Source: Pseudomonas aeruginosa (GTDB taxonomy: Bacteria; Pseudomonadota; Gammaproteobacteria; Pseudomonadales; Pseudomonadaceae). From it: a stretch of 32,000 bases of DNA. The notes under the pieces were generated by a model. That model worked only from the letters and a program-made list of their open reading frames with translations, did not search any database and was not told the DNA's origin. Shown here one piece after another: positions 11,173 through 25,036 of the stretch. Position 1 is the first letter of the stretch. The number at the start of each line of letters is the position of its first letter. The translations under genes were made by a program, and so were the position numbers. The DNA is taken from the NCBI RefSeq assembly GCF_001457615.1, contig NZ_LN831024.1, positions 2,640,001-2,672,000 of the forward strand, given 5' to 3'.

Positions 11173-12456
11173 CCGATACTTCGGCCACTGGCCAGCGCGG
11201 GGAAACGCGCCTGCTGGCTACTGATGGGACTCTGCCTGGGCCTGCCGGCCCTGGCGAACGAAGCGCCGGTGAGTTTCAACGGCACTTCGATCAGCCTCGA
11301 GCAGGCGTTGGAGCGGGCCCTGCGGAGCAACCCCGAGCTGGCGGCGGTGGGGCGCGAGACCGAGATCGCCAGCGGCGCGCGGCAGCAGGCCGGGCTGATC
11401 CCCAACCCGGATCTGTCCTGGAGCGTCGAGGACACCCGCCAGGGCAATCGCCAGACCAGCGTCAGCATCGCCCAGCCGCTGGAGCTGGGCGGCAAGCGCG
11501 GTGCGCGGGTGGAGGTGGCGAAACGCGGCAGCGAGATCGCCTGGACCCAACTGGAAGTCCGTCGCGCCGAACTGCGCGCCCAGGTCCGCGGCGCCTACTA
11601 CGCGGCGCTGACCGCGCAGGAGCGGGTGCGCCTGGCGAAGACCTCCCTGGACCTGGCCAGGCGCGCGCTGCAGGCCGCCGACCGACGGGTCAAGGCCGGC
11701 AGCATCTCCTCGGTGGAACGGGTTCGCGCCCAGGTCCTGGCGGACAACGCCCAGCTCGACCTGAGCCAGGCGGAGCTGGAGCAGCAGCGCACCTATGTGC
11801 AGCTGTCGAGCACCTGGGACGAGCCGCAGCCAGGCTTCGCCAGGGTCGGCGGCGCGCTCGACGCGGTGCCGGCGAGCATCACCCGTGGCGCCTTGCTGCG
11901 CCATCTCGACGAGTCGCCGACCCTGCGCCTGGCGGCCCAGGAGGTAGCGCGCGGCGAGGCCCAGGTCGACCTGGAGAAGCGCCAGCGCATCCCCAACCTG
12001 ACGGTCAGCATCGGCAGCAAGTACGACCAGACCGCCCGCGACGGACGTGGCGAACGGGTCAACCTGATCGGCCTGTCGATGCCGCTGCCGCTGTTCGACC
12101 GCAACCAGGGCAACATCTACGCCGCCCAGAGCCGCGCCGACCAGGCCCGCGACCTGCAGCGCGCGACCCTGCTGCGCCTGCGCAGCGAAGCGGTACAGGC
12201 CTACGACCAGTTGCGCACCTCGGAACAGGAGCTGGCGCTGGTCCGTCGCGACCTGCTGCCCGGCGCACAGAGCGCGCTGGACTCGATGACCCGCGGCTTC
12301 GAGATGGGCAAGTTCAACTTCCTCGACGTGCTCGATGCCCAGCGCACCCTGGTCGGCGTCCGTGCCCAGTACGTGCGCGCGCTGGACGCCGCGGCGCAGG
12401 CGCGGGTGAGCATGGAGCGCCTGCTCGGTGAAGACATCGGCCACCTCGGCCAGTGA
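11173..12456 (+). CDS. czcC: CzcC outer-membrane channel of the Co/Zn/Cd efflux RND system (about 427 aa)
   Basis: ATG at 11173 preceded by GAGGAG; MPILRPLASAGKRACWLLMGLCLGLPALANEAPVSFNGTSISLEQALERALRSNPEL..., TolC-family repeats. The ORF track start at 11104 is upstream in the same frame. Confidence 0.92.
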   Translation, partial: PILRPLASAGKRACWLLMGLCLGLPALANEAPVSFNGTSISLEQALERALRSNPELAAVGRETEIASGARQQAGLIPNPDLSWSVEDTRQGNRQTSVSIAQPLELGGKRGARVEVAKRGSEIAWTQLEVRRAELRAQVRGAYYAALTAQERVRLAKTSLDLARRALQAADRRVKAGSISSVERVRAQVLADNAQLDLSQAELEQQRTYVQLSSTWDEPQPGFARVGGALDAVPASITRGALLRHLDESPTLRLAAQEVARGEAQVDLEKRQRIPNLTVSIGSKYDQTARDGRGERVNLIGLSMPLPLFDRNQGNIYAAQSRADQARDLQRATLLRLRSEAVQAYDQLRTSEQELALVRRDLLPGAQSALDSMTRGFEMGKFNFLDVLDAQRTLVGVRAQYVRALDAAAQARVSMERLLGEDIGHLGQ

Positions 12457-12508
12457 GATTTCCGGGGCGGGCCGCCGGCGCGCCCCCCGAACGGTTCGGG
12501 AGAACAGA

Positions 12509-17141
<4,633 letters not shown>

Positions 17142-17156
17142 AGCGGGCGCGCAAGC

Positions 17157-17189
17157 GGGCCGGCAGGGGAAACCCTGGCGGCCCTTTTT
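17157..17189 (+). terminator. Rho-independent terminator after czcA
   Basis: GGGCCGGCAGGG-gaaa-CCCTGGCGGCCC (11 of 12 pairs complementary, GAAA loop) immediately followed by TTTTT. Confidence 0.85.
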
Positions 17190-17347
17190 CGTTGGCCGTT
17201 GGACGGATTCCGTTCGATTACCGCACGCGATTGCCGGCCCGGATTGTCGCCGGCGGAGGGCTTGCGTAGTGTGGGTGGACGTTCCGCGCCCGGCGCTTGG
17301 CGCCGCGCGGCGATAACAACAACGATAGCAGCCTGAGTGTCCTGCCC

Positions 17348-18304
17348 ATGAATGCCTCCTTGCTCAGCGAGCGCAGCCGGGTGTTCGAACGTGCCGACCC
17401 CTATGCGGTGTCCGGCTATGTCAACCGGCACGTCGGTACGCACTGCATACGCCTGCCGGCCGCCGGCAGGCCGCAAGCCAGCCTCGACCACCGCACCTTC
17501 GCCAGCCTCGACCTGTGCCGGATCAGCTACGGCGCGGCGGTACGGGTCACCTCGCCGGCGCTGGAGAGCATCTTCCACCTGCAGATCCTCCTGCGCGGCC
17601 ACTGCCTGTGGCGCGGCGGCGGGCAGGAACACGCCCTGGCGCCGGGCGAGCTGTTGCTGATCAACCCGGACGATCCGGTCGACCTGACCTATTCGGCGGA
17701 CTGCGAGAAATTCATCGTCAAGCTGCCCTGCGCGCTGCTCGAAGCGATCTGCGCCGAGCAGCGCTGGAGCCATCCGGCGCGCGGCGTGCGTTTCCTCGAA
17801 CATCGCTATCGCCTGGACCAGCTGGAAGGCTTCGTCGGCCTGCTCGCCCTGGTCTGCCGCGAGGCCGAGTCCGGCGAGCGGCTGGCGCGGGTCGACAGCC
17901 ACTTCGAGCAGATCCTCGGCAGCAAGCTGCTGACCCTGCTGAAGACCAACGTCAGCCGCGAGGACCCCGGCGATGCGCAGGTCGTCTTCGCCCGCCTCGA
18001 TGCCTACATCCGCCGCCATCTGCAGAGCGAGATCGAGGTCGCGGCGCTGGCCGAGCAGGCGCACATGAGCACCCGTTCGCTGTACGCGCTGTTCGAGCGC
18101 CAGCTTGGCGAGAGCCCTCGGCAATACATTCGCCGGCTGCGCCTGGAGCGCATCCGCGCCTGCCTGGAAGACCCCGGCTGCCGGGTACGCAACCTCACCG
18201 AACTGGCCCTGGACTTCGGTTTCGCCCACCTCGGCCGCTTCGCCGAGCAATATCGCCGGCAGTTCGGCGAGCTGCCTTCGGAAACCCTGCGCCGGCGCGC
18301 CTAG
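17348..18304 (+). CDS. xylS: AraC/XylS-family transcriptional activator, XylS/BenR-like (about 318 aa from the 17348 ATG)
   Basis: C-terminal AraC HTH (ESPRQYIRRLRLERIRACLEDPGCRVRNLTELALDFGFAHLGRFAEQYRRQFGELPSETLRRR); immediately upstream of the benABCD/xylXYZL genes. ORF track start at 17297 may be upstream of the true start. Confidence 0.9.
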   Translation: MNASLLSERSRVFERADPYAVSGYVNRHVGTHCIRLPAAGRPQASLDHRTFASLDLCRISYGAAVRVTSPALESIFHLQILLRGHCLWRGGGQEHALAPGELLLINPDDPVDLTYSADCEKFIVKLPCALLEAICAEQRWSHPARGVRFLEHRYRLDQLEGFVGLLALVCREAESGERLARVDSHFEQILGSKLLTLLKTNVSREDPGDAQVVFARLDAYIRRHLQSEIEVAALAEQAHMSTRSLYALFERQLGESPRQYIRRLRLERIRACLEDPGCRVRNLTELALDFGFAHLGRFAEQYRRQFGELPSETLRRRA

Positions 18305-18321
18305 CGCCGACCGCCACGGCG

Positions 18322-18357
18322 TGCAGGAATCGGCCAGCGATCCGCAGGCAACGGATA
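18322..18357 (+). promoter_or_regulatory. Candidate XylS/BenR tandem binding site in the benA (xylX) promoter
   Basis: TGCA-GGAATC-GGCCA (18322-18336) and CGCA-GGCAAC-GGATA (18343-18357), same orientation, 21-bp period; matches the described XylS half-site TGCA-N6-GGNTA well, upstream of benA. Confidence 0.7.
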
Positions 18358-18395
18358 TCCCCAGCAGCACGCGCTACCTAACCTGACCGGGCCTG

Positions 18396-18406
18396 AACAA
18401 TAACAA
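18396..18406 (+). promoter_or_regulatory. Candidate Crc/Hfq catabolite-repression (A-rich) motif in the benA leader
   Basis: AACAATAACAA (AANAANAANAA) directly abutting the CGGAGG ribosome-binding site (18407-18412). Confidence 0.65.
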
Positions 18407-18420
18407 CGGAGGCCCCGGCC

Positions 18421-19788
18421 ATGTCCCTGGGTAGCGATTACTTGCGTTCTCTGCTCGAGGAAGACCCCGAGCGCGGCGTCTACCGCTGCAAGCGGGAGAT
18501 GTTCACCGATCCACGCCTGTTCGAACTGGAGATGAAGCACATCTTCGAGGGCAACTGGGTCTATCTCGCCCACGAAAGCCAGGTTGCCGGAGTCAACGAC
18601 TACCTGACCACCCAGATCGGCCGCCAGTCGATCGTCATCGCGCGCAACCGCGACGGCCAGCTCAACGCCTTCATCAACGCCTGCAGCCACCGTGGCGCGA
18701 TGCTCTGCCGGCACAAGAGCGGCAATCGCAGCAGCTATACCTGTCCGTTCCACGGCTGGACCTTCAACAACTCCGGCAAGCTGCTCAAGGTCAAGGACCC
18801 GGCCGAGGCCGGCTACCCGCAGGGCTTCAACTGCGAGGGCTCGCACGACCTGACCCGGGTGGCGCGCTTCGAGTCCTACCGTGGCTTCCTGTTCGGCAGC
18901 CTCAACCCCGATGTCAGGCCGCTGGCCGAGCACCTGGGCGAGTCGGCGAAGATCATCGACATGATCGTCGACCAGTCGCCGGAAGGCCTCGAGGTGCTGC
19001 GCGGCTCTTCCAGCTATGTCTACGAAGGCAACTGGAAGCTCACCGCCGAGAACGGCGCCGACGGCTATCACGTCAGTTCGGTGCACTGGAACTACGCGGC
19101 GACCCAGAGCCAGCGCCAGCAGCGCGACGCCGCGGACCAGCCGCGGACCATGAGCGCCGCGGGCTGGGCCCGGCAGGGCGGCGGCTTCTACTCGTTCGAG
19201 CATGGCCACATGCTGCTCTGGAGTCGCTGGGCCAACCCCGAGGACCGGCCGGCCTTCGAGCGCCGCGCCGAGCTTGCCCGCGACTTCGGCGAGGCCCGCG
19301 CCGACTGGATGATCGAGAACTCGCGCAACCTCTGCCTGTACCCCAACGTGTACCTGATGGACCAGTTCAGCTCGCAGATCCGCATCGCCCGGCCGCTGTC
19401 GGTGGACCGCACGGAAATCACCATCTACTGCATCGCGCCGAAAGGCGAGAGCGCCGAGGCGCGCGCCCGGCGCATCCGCCAGTACGAGGACTTCTTCAAC
19501 GTCAGCGGCATGGCCACCCCGGACGACCTGGAGGAGTTCCGTTCCTGCCAGCAGGGCTACCAGGGCAGCGTGGTCGGCTGGAACGACCTGTCGCGCGGCG
19601 CCGAACACTGGATAGAGGGCGCCGACGCGGCGGCCGCGGCCATCGACCTGCGGCCGCGCCTGAGCGGCGTGCGCACCGAGGACGAAGGGCTGTTCGTATT
19701 GCAGCATCGCTACTGGCAGGAGGCGCTGCTCGCCGCCCTGGAGCGCGAACGGACGCAGCGCGTGGCGCTGCGGGAGGTGGCGTCATGA
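18421..19788 (+). CDS. benA/xylX: Benzoate/toluate 1,2-dioxygenase large (alpha) subunit (455 aa)
   Basis: Rieske motif [26 protein letters not shown]; GGAGG upstream of ATG; paralogous to AntA. Confidence 0.94.
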   Translation: MSLGSDYLRSLLEEDPERGVYRCKREMFTDPRLFELEMKHIFEGNWVYLAHESQVAGVNDYLTTQIGRQSIVIARNRDGQLNAFINACSHRGAMLCRHKSGNRSSYTCPFHGWTFNNSGKLLKVKDPAEAGYPQGFNCEGSHDLTRVARFESYRGFLFGSLNPDVRPLAEHLGESAKIIDMIVDQSPEGLEVLRGSSSYVYEGNWKLTAENGADGYHVSSVHWNYAATQSQRQQRDAADQPRTMSAAGWARQGGGFYSFEHGHMLLWSRWANPEDRPAFERRAELARDFGEARADWMIENSRNLCLYPNVYLMDQFSSQIRIARPLSVDRTEITIYCIAPKGESAEARARRIRQYEDFFNVSGMATPDDLEEFRSCQQGYQGSVVGWNDLSRGAEHWIEGADAAAAAIDLRPRLSGVRTEDEGLFVLQHRYWQEALLAALERERTQRVALREVAS

Positions 19789-20273
19789 GCCTGGGCTACG
19801 ACGCCCTGCGCGATTTCCTCTACCGCGAGGCGCGCTATCTCGACGACAAGGATTGGGACGCCTGGCTGGCGTTGTACGCCGCGGACGCCAGTTTCTGGAT
19901 GCCGTCCTGGGACGACCGCGACCAGCTCACCGAGGACCCGCAGCGGGAAATCTCGCTGATCTGGTACGGCAACCGCGGCGGCCTGGAGGACCGGGTATTC
20001 CGCATCCGCACCGAGCGCTCCAGCGCGACCCTGCCGGACACCCGCACCTCGCACAACCTGAGCAACATCGAACTGCTCGGCGAGGACGACGGCATCTGCC
20101 GCGTGCGCTGCAACTGGCACACCCTGAGCTATCGCTACAAGACCGTGGACAGCTACTTCGGCACCACCTTCTACGACCTCGACGTACGCGGCGAGAGTCC
20201 GCTGATCAAGGCCAAGAAAGTGATCCTGAAGAACGACTACGTTCGCCAGCTGATCGACGTCTACCACGTCTGA
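19785..20273 (+). CDS. benB/xylY: Benzoate/toluate 1,2-dioxygenase small (beta) subunit (162 aa)
   Basis: [48 protein letters not shown]...; 4-bp overlap with benA. Confidence 0.94.
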   Translation: MSLGYDALRDFLYREARYLDDKDWDAWLALYAADASFWMPSWDDRDQLTEDPQREISLIWYGNRGGLEDRVFRIRTERSSATLPDTRTSHNLSNIELLGEDDGICRVRCNWHTLSYRYKTVDSYFGTTFYDLDVRGESPLIKAKKVILKNDYVRQLIDVYHV

Positions 20274-20306
20274 CGCCCGCGCCGGCGGGCTGTCGAGGGA
20301 CATGCC

Positions 20307-21320
20307 ATGAACCATCGGATCGCACTCAACTTCGAAGACGGGGTGACCCGCTTCATCCATGCCGCGCCCGGCGAGACCGTGGCCGACGCGGCCTACCGCC
20401 AGGGCATCAACATCCCCCTGGACTGCCGCGACGGCGCCTGCGGCACCTGCAAGTGCCTGGCCGAGGCCGGGCGCTATGCGCTGGGCCAGGACTACATCGA
20501 CGATGCCCTCAGCGCCGAGGAAGCCGCCCGCGGCTACGTGCTGACCTGCCAGATGCGCGCCGAAAGCGACTGCGTGCTGCGCGTGCCGGCGTCCTCGACC
20601 CTGTGCAGGACCGGCCAGGCGCGCTACGAGGCGCGCATCAGCGAAGTCCGGCAACTGTCGCCGAGCACCATCGGCCTGTCGCTGCGCGGCGAGGCGCTGG
20701 CCAGCCTGGCGTTCCTGCCCGGGCAGTACGTCAACCTCCAGGTACCCGGCAGCGAGCAGCGCCGCGCCTACTCCTTCAGCTCGCTGGCGAAGGACGGCGA
20801 GGTCAGCTTCCTGATCCGCAACGTCCCCGGCGGGCTGATGAGCGGCTTCCTCAGTGGCACGGCCAGGGCCGGCGACAGCCTGGCGATGGACGGCCCGCTG
20901 GGCAGTTTCTACCTGCGCGAGATTCACCGGCCACTGCTGATGCTGGCCGGCGGCACCGGCCTGGCGCCGTTCACCGCGATGCTCGAACGGATCGCCGAAC
21001 AGGGCAGCGCGCACCCGCTGCACCTGGTCTACGGGGTGACCCACGACGTCGACCTGGTCGGGCTCGAGCGCCTGGAGGCGTTCGCCGAACGGATTCCCGG
21101 CTTCACCTGGAGCGCCTGCGTGGCCAGCGCCGACAGCGACTATCCGCGCAAGGGCTACGTGACCGAGCACATCGCCGCGCAGCACCTGCACGAGGGCGAC
21201 GTCGACATCTACCTGTGCGGGCCGCCGCCGATGGTCGAGGCGGTCGAGCGCTACCTGCGCGAGCAGGGCGTGCGCCCGGCGAATTTCTACTACGAAAAGT
21301 TCGCCGCCAGCGCGGCCTGA
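20307..21320 (+). CDS. benC/xylZ: Benzoate/toluate 1,2-dioxygenase reductase (337 aa)
   Basis: Plant-type [2Fe-2S] motif CRDGACGTCKC plus FAD/NAD-binding oxidoreductase domain. Confidence 0.94.
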   Translation: MNHRIALNFEDGVTRFIHAAPGETVADAAYRQGINIPLDCRDGACGTCKCLAEAGRYALGQDYIDDALSAEEAARGYVLTCQMRAESDCVLRVPASSTLCRTGQARYEARISEVRQLSPSTIGLSLRGEALASLAFLPGQYVNLQVPGSEQRRAYSFSSLAKDGEVSFLIRNVPGGLMSGFLSGTARAGDSLAMDGPLGSFYLREIHRPLLMLAGGTGLAPFTAMLERIAEQGSAHPLHLVYGVTHDVDLVGLERLEAFAERIPGFTWSACVASADSDYPRKGYVTEHIAAQHLHEGDVDIYLCGPPPMVEAVERYLREQGVRPANFYYEKFAASAA

Positions 21321-21345
21321 ACCCGAGCGAGCCAAGGAGACTCCC

Positions 21346-22107
21346 ATGAACGACAGATTCCGCGACAAGGTCGCCCTGGTCAGCGGCGCCGCCCAGGGTA
21401 TCGGCCTGGGCGTGGTCCGGCGCCTGCTGGAGGAAGGCGCGCGGGTGGTGGCGGTGGACCGCTCCGAGCTGGTCCACGAACTGGCCGGCGACGCCTGCCT
21501 GTGCCTGACCGCCGACCTGGAGCGCTACGCCGAATGCCAGCGGGTACTGGAGCGGACCCTGGAGCGTTTCGGCCGGCTGGACATCCTGGTCAACAACGTC
21601 GGCGGCACCCTCTGGGCGAAGCCCTACCAACACTACGCCGAGGACGAGATCGAGGCCGAGCTGCGGCGTTCGCTGCTGCCCACCTTGTGGTGTTGCCGAG
21701 CGGCGCTGCCGGCGATGCTGGGGCAGGGCAGCGGGGCGATCGTCAACGTCTCGTCGGTTGCCACCCGCGGGGTCAACCGGGTGCCCTATGGCGCCGCCAA
21801 GGGCGGGGTGAACGCGCTGACCGCCTGCCTGGCGTTCGAGACCGCCGACCAGGGCATCCGCGTCAACGCGGTGGCGCCGGGCGGCACCGACGCGCCGCCG
21901 CGAAGGATTCCGCGCAACGCCGCGGCGCAGAGCGAGGAGGAGCGGCGCTGGTATCGACAGATCGTCGAGCAGACCCTCGACAGCAGCCTGATGAAGCGCT
22001 ACGGCAGCATCGACGAGCAGGTCGCGGCGATCCTCTTCCTCGCCTCCGACGAGGCGTCCTACATTACCGGCGTGACCCTGCCGGTAGCTGGCGGCGACCT
22101 CGGCTGA
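21346..22107 (+). CDS. benD/xylL: 1,6-dihydroxycyclohexa-2,4-diene-1-carboxylate (benzoate cis-diol) dehydrogenase, SDR family (253 aa)
   Basis: SDR motifs (GAAQGIG; NNVGGT; YGAAKGG); last gene of the operon. Confidence 0.93.
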   Translation: MNDRFRDKVALVSGAAQGIGLGVVRRLLEEGARVVAVDRSELVHELAGDACLCLTADLERYAECQRVLERTLERFGRLDILVNNVGGTLWAKPYQHYAEDEIEAELRRSLLPTLWCCRAALPAMLGQGSGAIVNVSSVATRGVNRVPYGAAKGGVNALTACLAFETADQGIRVNAVAPGGTDAPPRRIPRNAAAQSEEERRWYRQIVEQTLDSSLMKRYGSIDEQVAAILFLASDEASYITGVTLPVAGGDLG

Positions 22108-22112
22108 GCGCT

Positions 22113-23135
22113 TCAGTCGCCGCTTTCGGTGAACTTCTCCAGGTACAGCCGCAGATGCTCCAGGGAGCGCTCGCGCAGCCACTGGCGGACCGCCTCGACC
22201 ATCGGCGGAGGCCCGCACAGGTAGAGGTCGAAAGCTTCGTCGCGCAAGCGGGCGGCGTCGAAATGCTCGTGCAGGTAGCCGCGCCGGCCATCCCAGTCGG
22301 CGTCCGCCTCGCTGAGCACCGGGACGAAGCGGAAGCCGGGAAGCCGCTCGGCGTAGCCGGCGATCCGTTGCAATTCGCAGAGATCGGCGGCGCGGCGTAC
22401 CCCGTAGTAGAGATGCACCGGCCGCTCGCAACCGCGCTCGGCCAGTTCGTCGAGCATGCCGAGGAACGCCGACAGGCCGGTGCCGCCGGCCACCAGCAGC
22501 AACGGGCGCTCCACCTGGCGCAGGTAGAAGGTGCCCAGCGGCGCCTCGAAGCGGATCTCGTCGCCGACCCGGCACCCTTGGCGCAGGTAGTCGCTCATGG
22601 CGCCGCCCGGGAGCAGGCGGATGAGGAACTGCAGGTGGTTCTGCGGATTCGGCCGGTTGGCGAAGGAGTAGGCGCGCCGGCAGTCGCTGCCGGGTACTTG
22701 CAGGCGCGCGTACTGGCCGGGCAGGAAGTCCAGCTGGCGGCCCGCGGCGCCGGCGTCGAGGCGGAGCAGCGCGGTGTCCTCGGAGAGCAGGCGCAGTTCG
22801 CGCACCACGCCGCTGTGCGCCTGGGCCGCGGCGGCATGGCAGAGGGTCGAGGCGAAGTCGAAGTAGAAGGCCGCGTCGGAGCGCACCCGGGTCTGGCAGG
22901 CGAGCACCTTGCGCTGCTCCAGGTCGGCGGCGGAGAGGGTGTCCTCGTCGGCGTAGTCCAGGCTGTAGCTGCCCGCCTCGCAGCGGCCCATGCAGGTGCC
23001 GCAGACCCCTTCGCGGCAGTCCAGCGGCAGGTTGATGCCGTGGCGCAGGGCGGCGTCGAGGAGCAGGTCGTCGTGGCCGACGGGCAGGAACAGGGTCTTG
23101 CCGTCGGCGAAGCTGAGGGCGACTTTGTGATTCAT
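22113..23135 (-). CDS. antC: Anthranilate dioxygenase reductase (340 aa)
   Basis: MNHKVALSFADGKTLFLPVGHDDLLLDAALRHGINLPLDCREGVCGTCMGRCE..., same architecture as BenC; follows antAB. Confidence 0.93.
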   Translation of the reverse strand: MNHKVALSFADGKTLFLPVGHDDLLLDAALRHGINLPLDCREGVCGTCMGRCEAGSYSLDYADEDTLSAADLEQRKVLACQTRVRSDAAFYFDFASTLCHAAAAQAHSGVVRELRLLSEDTALLRLDAGAAGRQLDFLPGQYARLQVPGSDCRRAYSFANRPNPQNHLQFLIRLLPGGAMSDYLRQGCRVGDEIRFEAPLGTFYLRQVERPLLLVAGGTGLSAFLGMLDELAERGCERPVHLYYGVRRAADLCELQRIAGYAERLPGFRFVPVLSEADADWDGRRGYLHEHFDAARLRDEAFDLYLCGPPPMVEAVRQWLRERSLEHLRLYLEKFTESGD

Positions 23136-23153
23136 CGTGACGGGTCCCGCCGT

Positions 23154-23645
23154 TCAGAGGTGGTAGAAGTCGAGGACCGAGTCGATCCGGTCGTTGAGCA
23201 GGACGATGTGCTTGCGCGCGATCAGCCAGGCCTCGCCATGGGGTTTCAGGCGGTAGGTGGCATGGCCGAAGAAGCTGCCGGTCTGGTCCAGGCGCTGGAA
23301 CAGGGTCTGCCAGTTGACCCGCACTCGCAGCAGGCCTTCGCCTTCCTCGGCGATGCGCACGTTGCCGATCTGGTGCAGGGTGCGCGGCATCGGCACGGTG
23401 GACGCGGCCTTGCCGGTGCGGATACGGAACACCCGGTCTTCCAGGCCGGCACGGCTGGGGTAGTAGATCAGCGACATCTCGCGCTTCGGATCGCGGGTGT
23501 AGCGCTGCTCGGACTCCCACTGCGGCAGGTGGAACTCGCACTGTTCGTCGAACTGCGCGAGGTAGCCGTCCCAGTCCTGGGCATCGCAGAGTTCGGCGTG
23601 GCGGTAGAGGAACTGTTCGACGCGGTACTGCAGTCCGGCGTTCAT
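23154..23645 (-). CDS. antB: Anthranilate dioxygenase small subunit (163 aa)
   Basis: MNAGLQYRVEQFLYRHAELCDAQDWDGYLAQFDEQCEFHL...DRIDSVLDFYHL. ATG at 23645 overlaps the antA stop; the ORF track shows it only as the C-terminal part of the 23154..25046 frame. Confidence 0.93.
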   Translation of the reverse strand: MNAGLQYRVEQFLYRHAELCDAQDWDGYLAQFDEQCEFHLPQWESEQRYTRDPKREMSLIYYPSRAGLEDRVFRIRTGKAASTVPMPRTLHQIGNVRIAEEGEGLLRVRVNWQTLFQRLDQTGSFFGHATYRLKPHGEAWLIARKHIVLLNDRIDSVLDFYHL

Positions 23646-25036
23646 GGGGTCACCTCCTTCGCGCGCAGGGCCAGGCGCTCCAGGCCGTCGAGGAGGAAGC
23701 GCCGCCAATGCGCGTGCTGGTTGACGTAGAGGCCTTCGTGGGTGATCTCGGTGCCGGTCAGCAGCGGCGCGATACCCAACGCCTGGCTGTTCGGCGTCGC
23801 GCCTTCGAGCCACTTGCCGTGGCCGCGGGAGATGTCGCTCCAGCGCTCCAGGCGGGCCTGGAAGCCACGCTGGGCTTCGCGGAACTCCACCAGGTCGTCG
23901 GGCGTGCCCATCCCGGAGACGTTGAAGAAGTCCTCGAACTGGCGGATCCGGTTCTCCCGGTCGGCGTCCGACTCGCCCTTGACGCCGATGCACTGGCTGA
24001 CGATCTCGGTACGGTTCCAGGCCAGCGGGCGGACGATGCGCAGCTGCGAGCTGATCTGGTCGATGACGAACAGGCTGGGGTAGAGATTGAGGTTGCGCAG
24101 GCGATGCATCATCCACTCGGCGCGGGCCTGGCCGTATTCCCCCACCAGCCGCGGCATCACGCTGGCGTAGCCGGGGCGTACGGCGGGGTTGGGCATCTCG
24201 CTGAAGAGCACGCTGTGGCCGTTGGCGAAGGAGAACCAGCCGTCGTCGGTGGCCGCGTCGCCGGCGCCGAGCTTGCTGTAGTCGAGGGTGGCGGCCACGC
24301 CGCCGCGCTCGGCCTCGACCTGCTGGCGGTGCTGCACGGTGGCTACGTAGTTGTAGTGCACTGTGCTGACGTGATAGCCGTCCAGGCCATTCTCGTTCTG
24401 CAGCTTCCAGTTGCCTTCGTAGGTGTAGGTGGAGGTGCCGGGCAACACTTCCAGCTCGCCGCTGGGAGACTGCGCCACCAGCATGTCGAGGAACACCCGG
24501 GCGTCGCCGAGGAAGTCCACCAGGTCGTCCTCGCCGGCGACGTCCAGGCTGACGAAGACGAAGCCCCTGTAGCTCTGGATGCGCGCTTTCTTCAGGCCAC
24601 GGGTGGCCTTGTCGAAGCCTTCCGGGTATTCGCCCGGCGCCTTGACCTTCACCAGCCGGCCGTCGTTCTTGTAGCACCAGGCATGGAACGGACAGGTGAA
24701 GGTCGACTGGTTGCCCTTGCCGACCCGTACCAGGGTCGCGCCGCGATGCTGGCAGGCGTTGACCAGCGCGTGCAACTGGCCGTTGCCGTCGCGGGTGACG
24801 ATCAGCGGCTGGCGTCCGGCGCGCAGGGTGACGAAGTCGTGGGGCCTGGCCAGTTCGCTTTCGTGGCAGGCGTAGATCCAGTTCTTTTCGAAGATCAGCT
24901 CCATCTCCAGGTCGAACAGCTCCGGTTCGGTGAACATGTCCCGGGCGATGCGGAAGATGCCTTCCTCGGGACGGAAGTCGAGGCAGCCGCCGACATAGTC
25001 GCGCCACTGTTCGAGGCTTCTGCGGGTAGCGTTCAT
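23642..25036 (-). CDS. antA: Anthranilate dioxygenase large subunit (464 aa)
   Basis: Rieske motif CQHRGATLVRVGKGNQSTFTCPFHAW; paralogous to BenA. Confidence 0.95.
   Translation of the reverse strand: MNATRRSLEQWRDYVGGCLDFRPEEGIFRIARDMFTEPELFDLEMELIFEKNWIYACHESELARPHDFVTLRAGRQPLIVTRDGNGQLHALVNACQHRGATLVRVGKGNQSTFTCPFHAWCYKNDGRLVKVKAPGEYPEGFDKATRGLKKARIQSYRGFVFVSLDVAGEDDLVDFLGDARVFLDMLVAQSPSGELEVLPGTSTYTYEGNWKLQNENGLDGYHVSTVHYNYVATVQHRQQVEAERGGVAATLDYSKLGAGDAATDDGWFSFANGHSVLFSEMPNPAVRPGYASVMPRLVGEYGQARAEWMMHRLRNLNLYPSLFVIDQISSQLRIVRPLAWNRTEIVSQCIGVKGESDADRENRIRQFEDFFNVSGMGTPDDLVEFREAQRGFQARLERWSDISRGHGKWLEGATPNSQALGIAPLLTGTEITHEGLYVNQHAHWRRFLLDGLERLALRAKEVTP

Noticed and set aside
10765-11188. 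Small - strand ORFs in the czcR-czcC intergenic region (10765..11016, 10991..11188)
   Set aside because: No SD, no recognisable domain, ordinary composition by chance; region is better explained as promoter/leader.
19853-23729. Long + strand ORFs overlapping benB-benC-benD and antC (19853..21349, 21103..23541, 21501..23729)
   Set aside because: Arg/Pro/Ala-rich alternate-frame translations over established genes; GC-bias artefacts, not fusion proteins.
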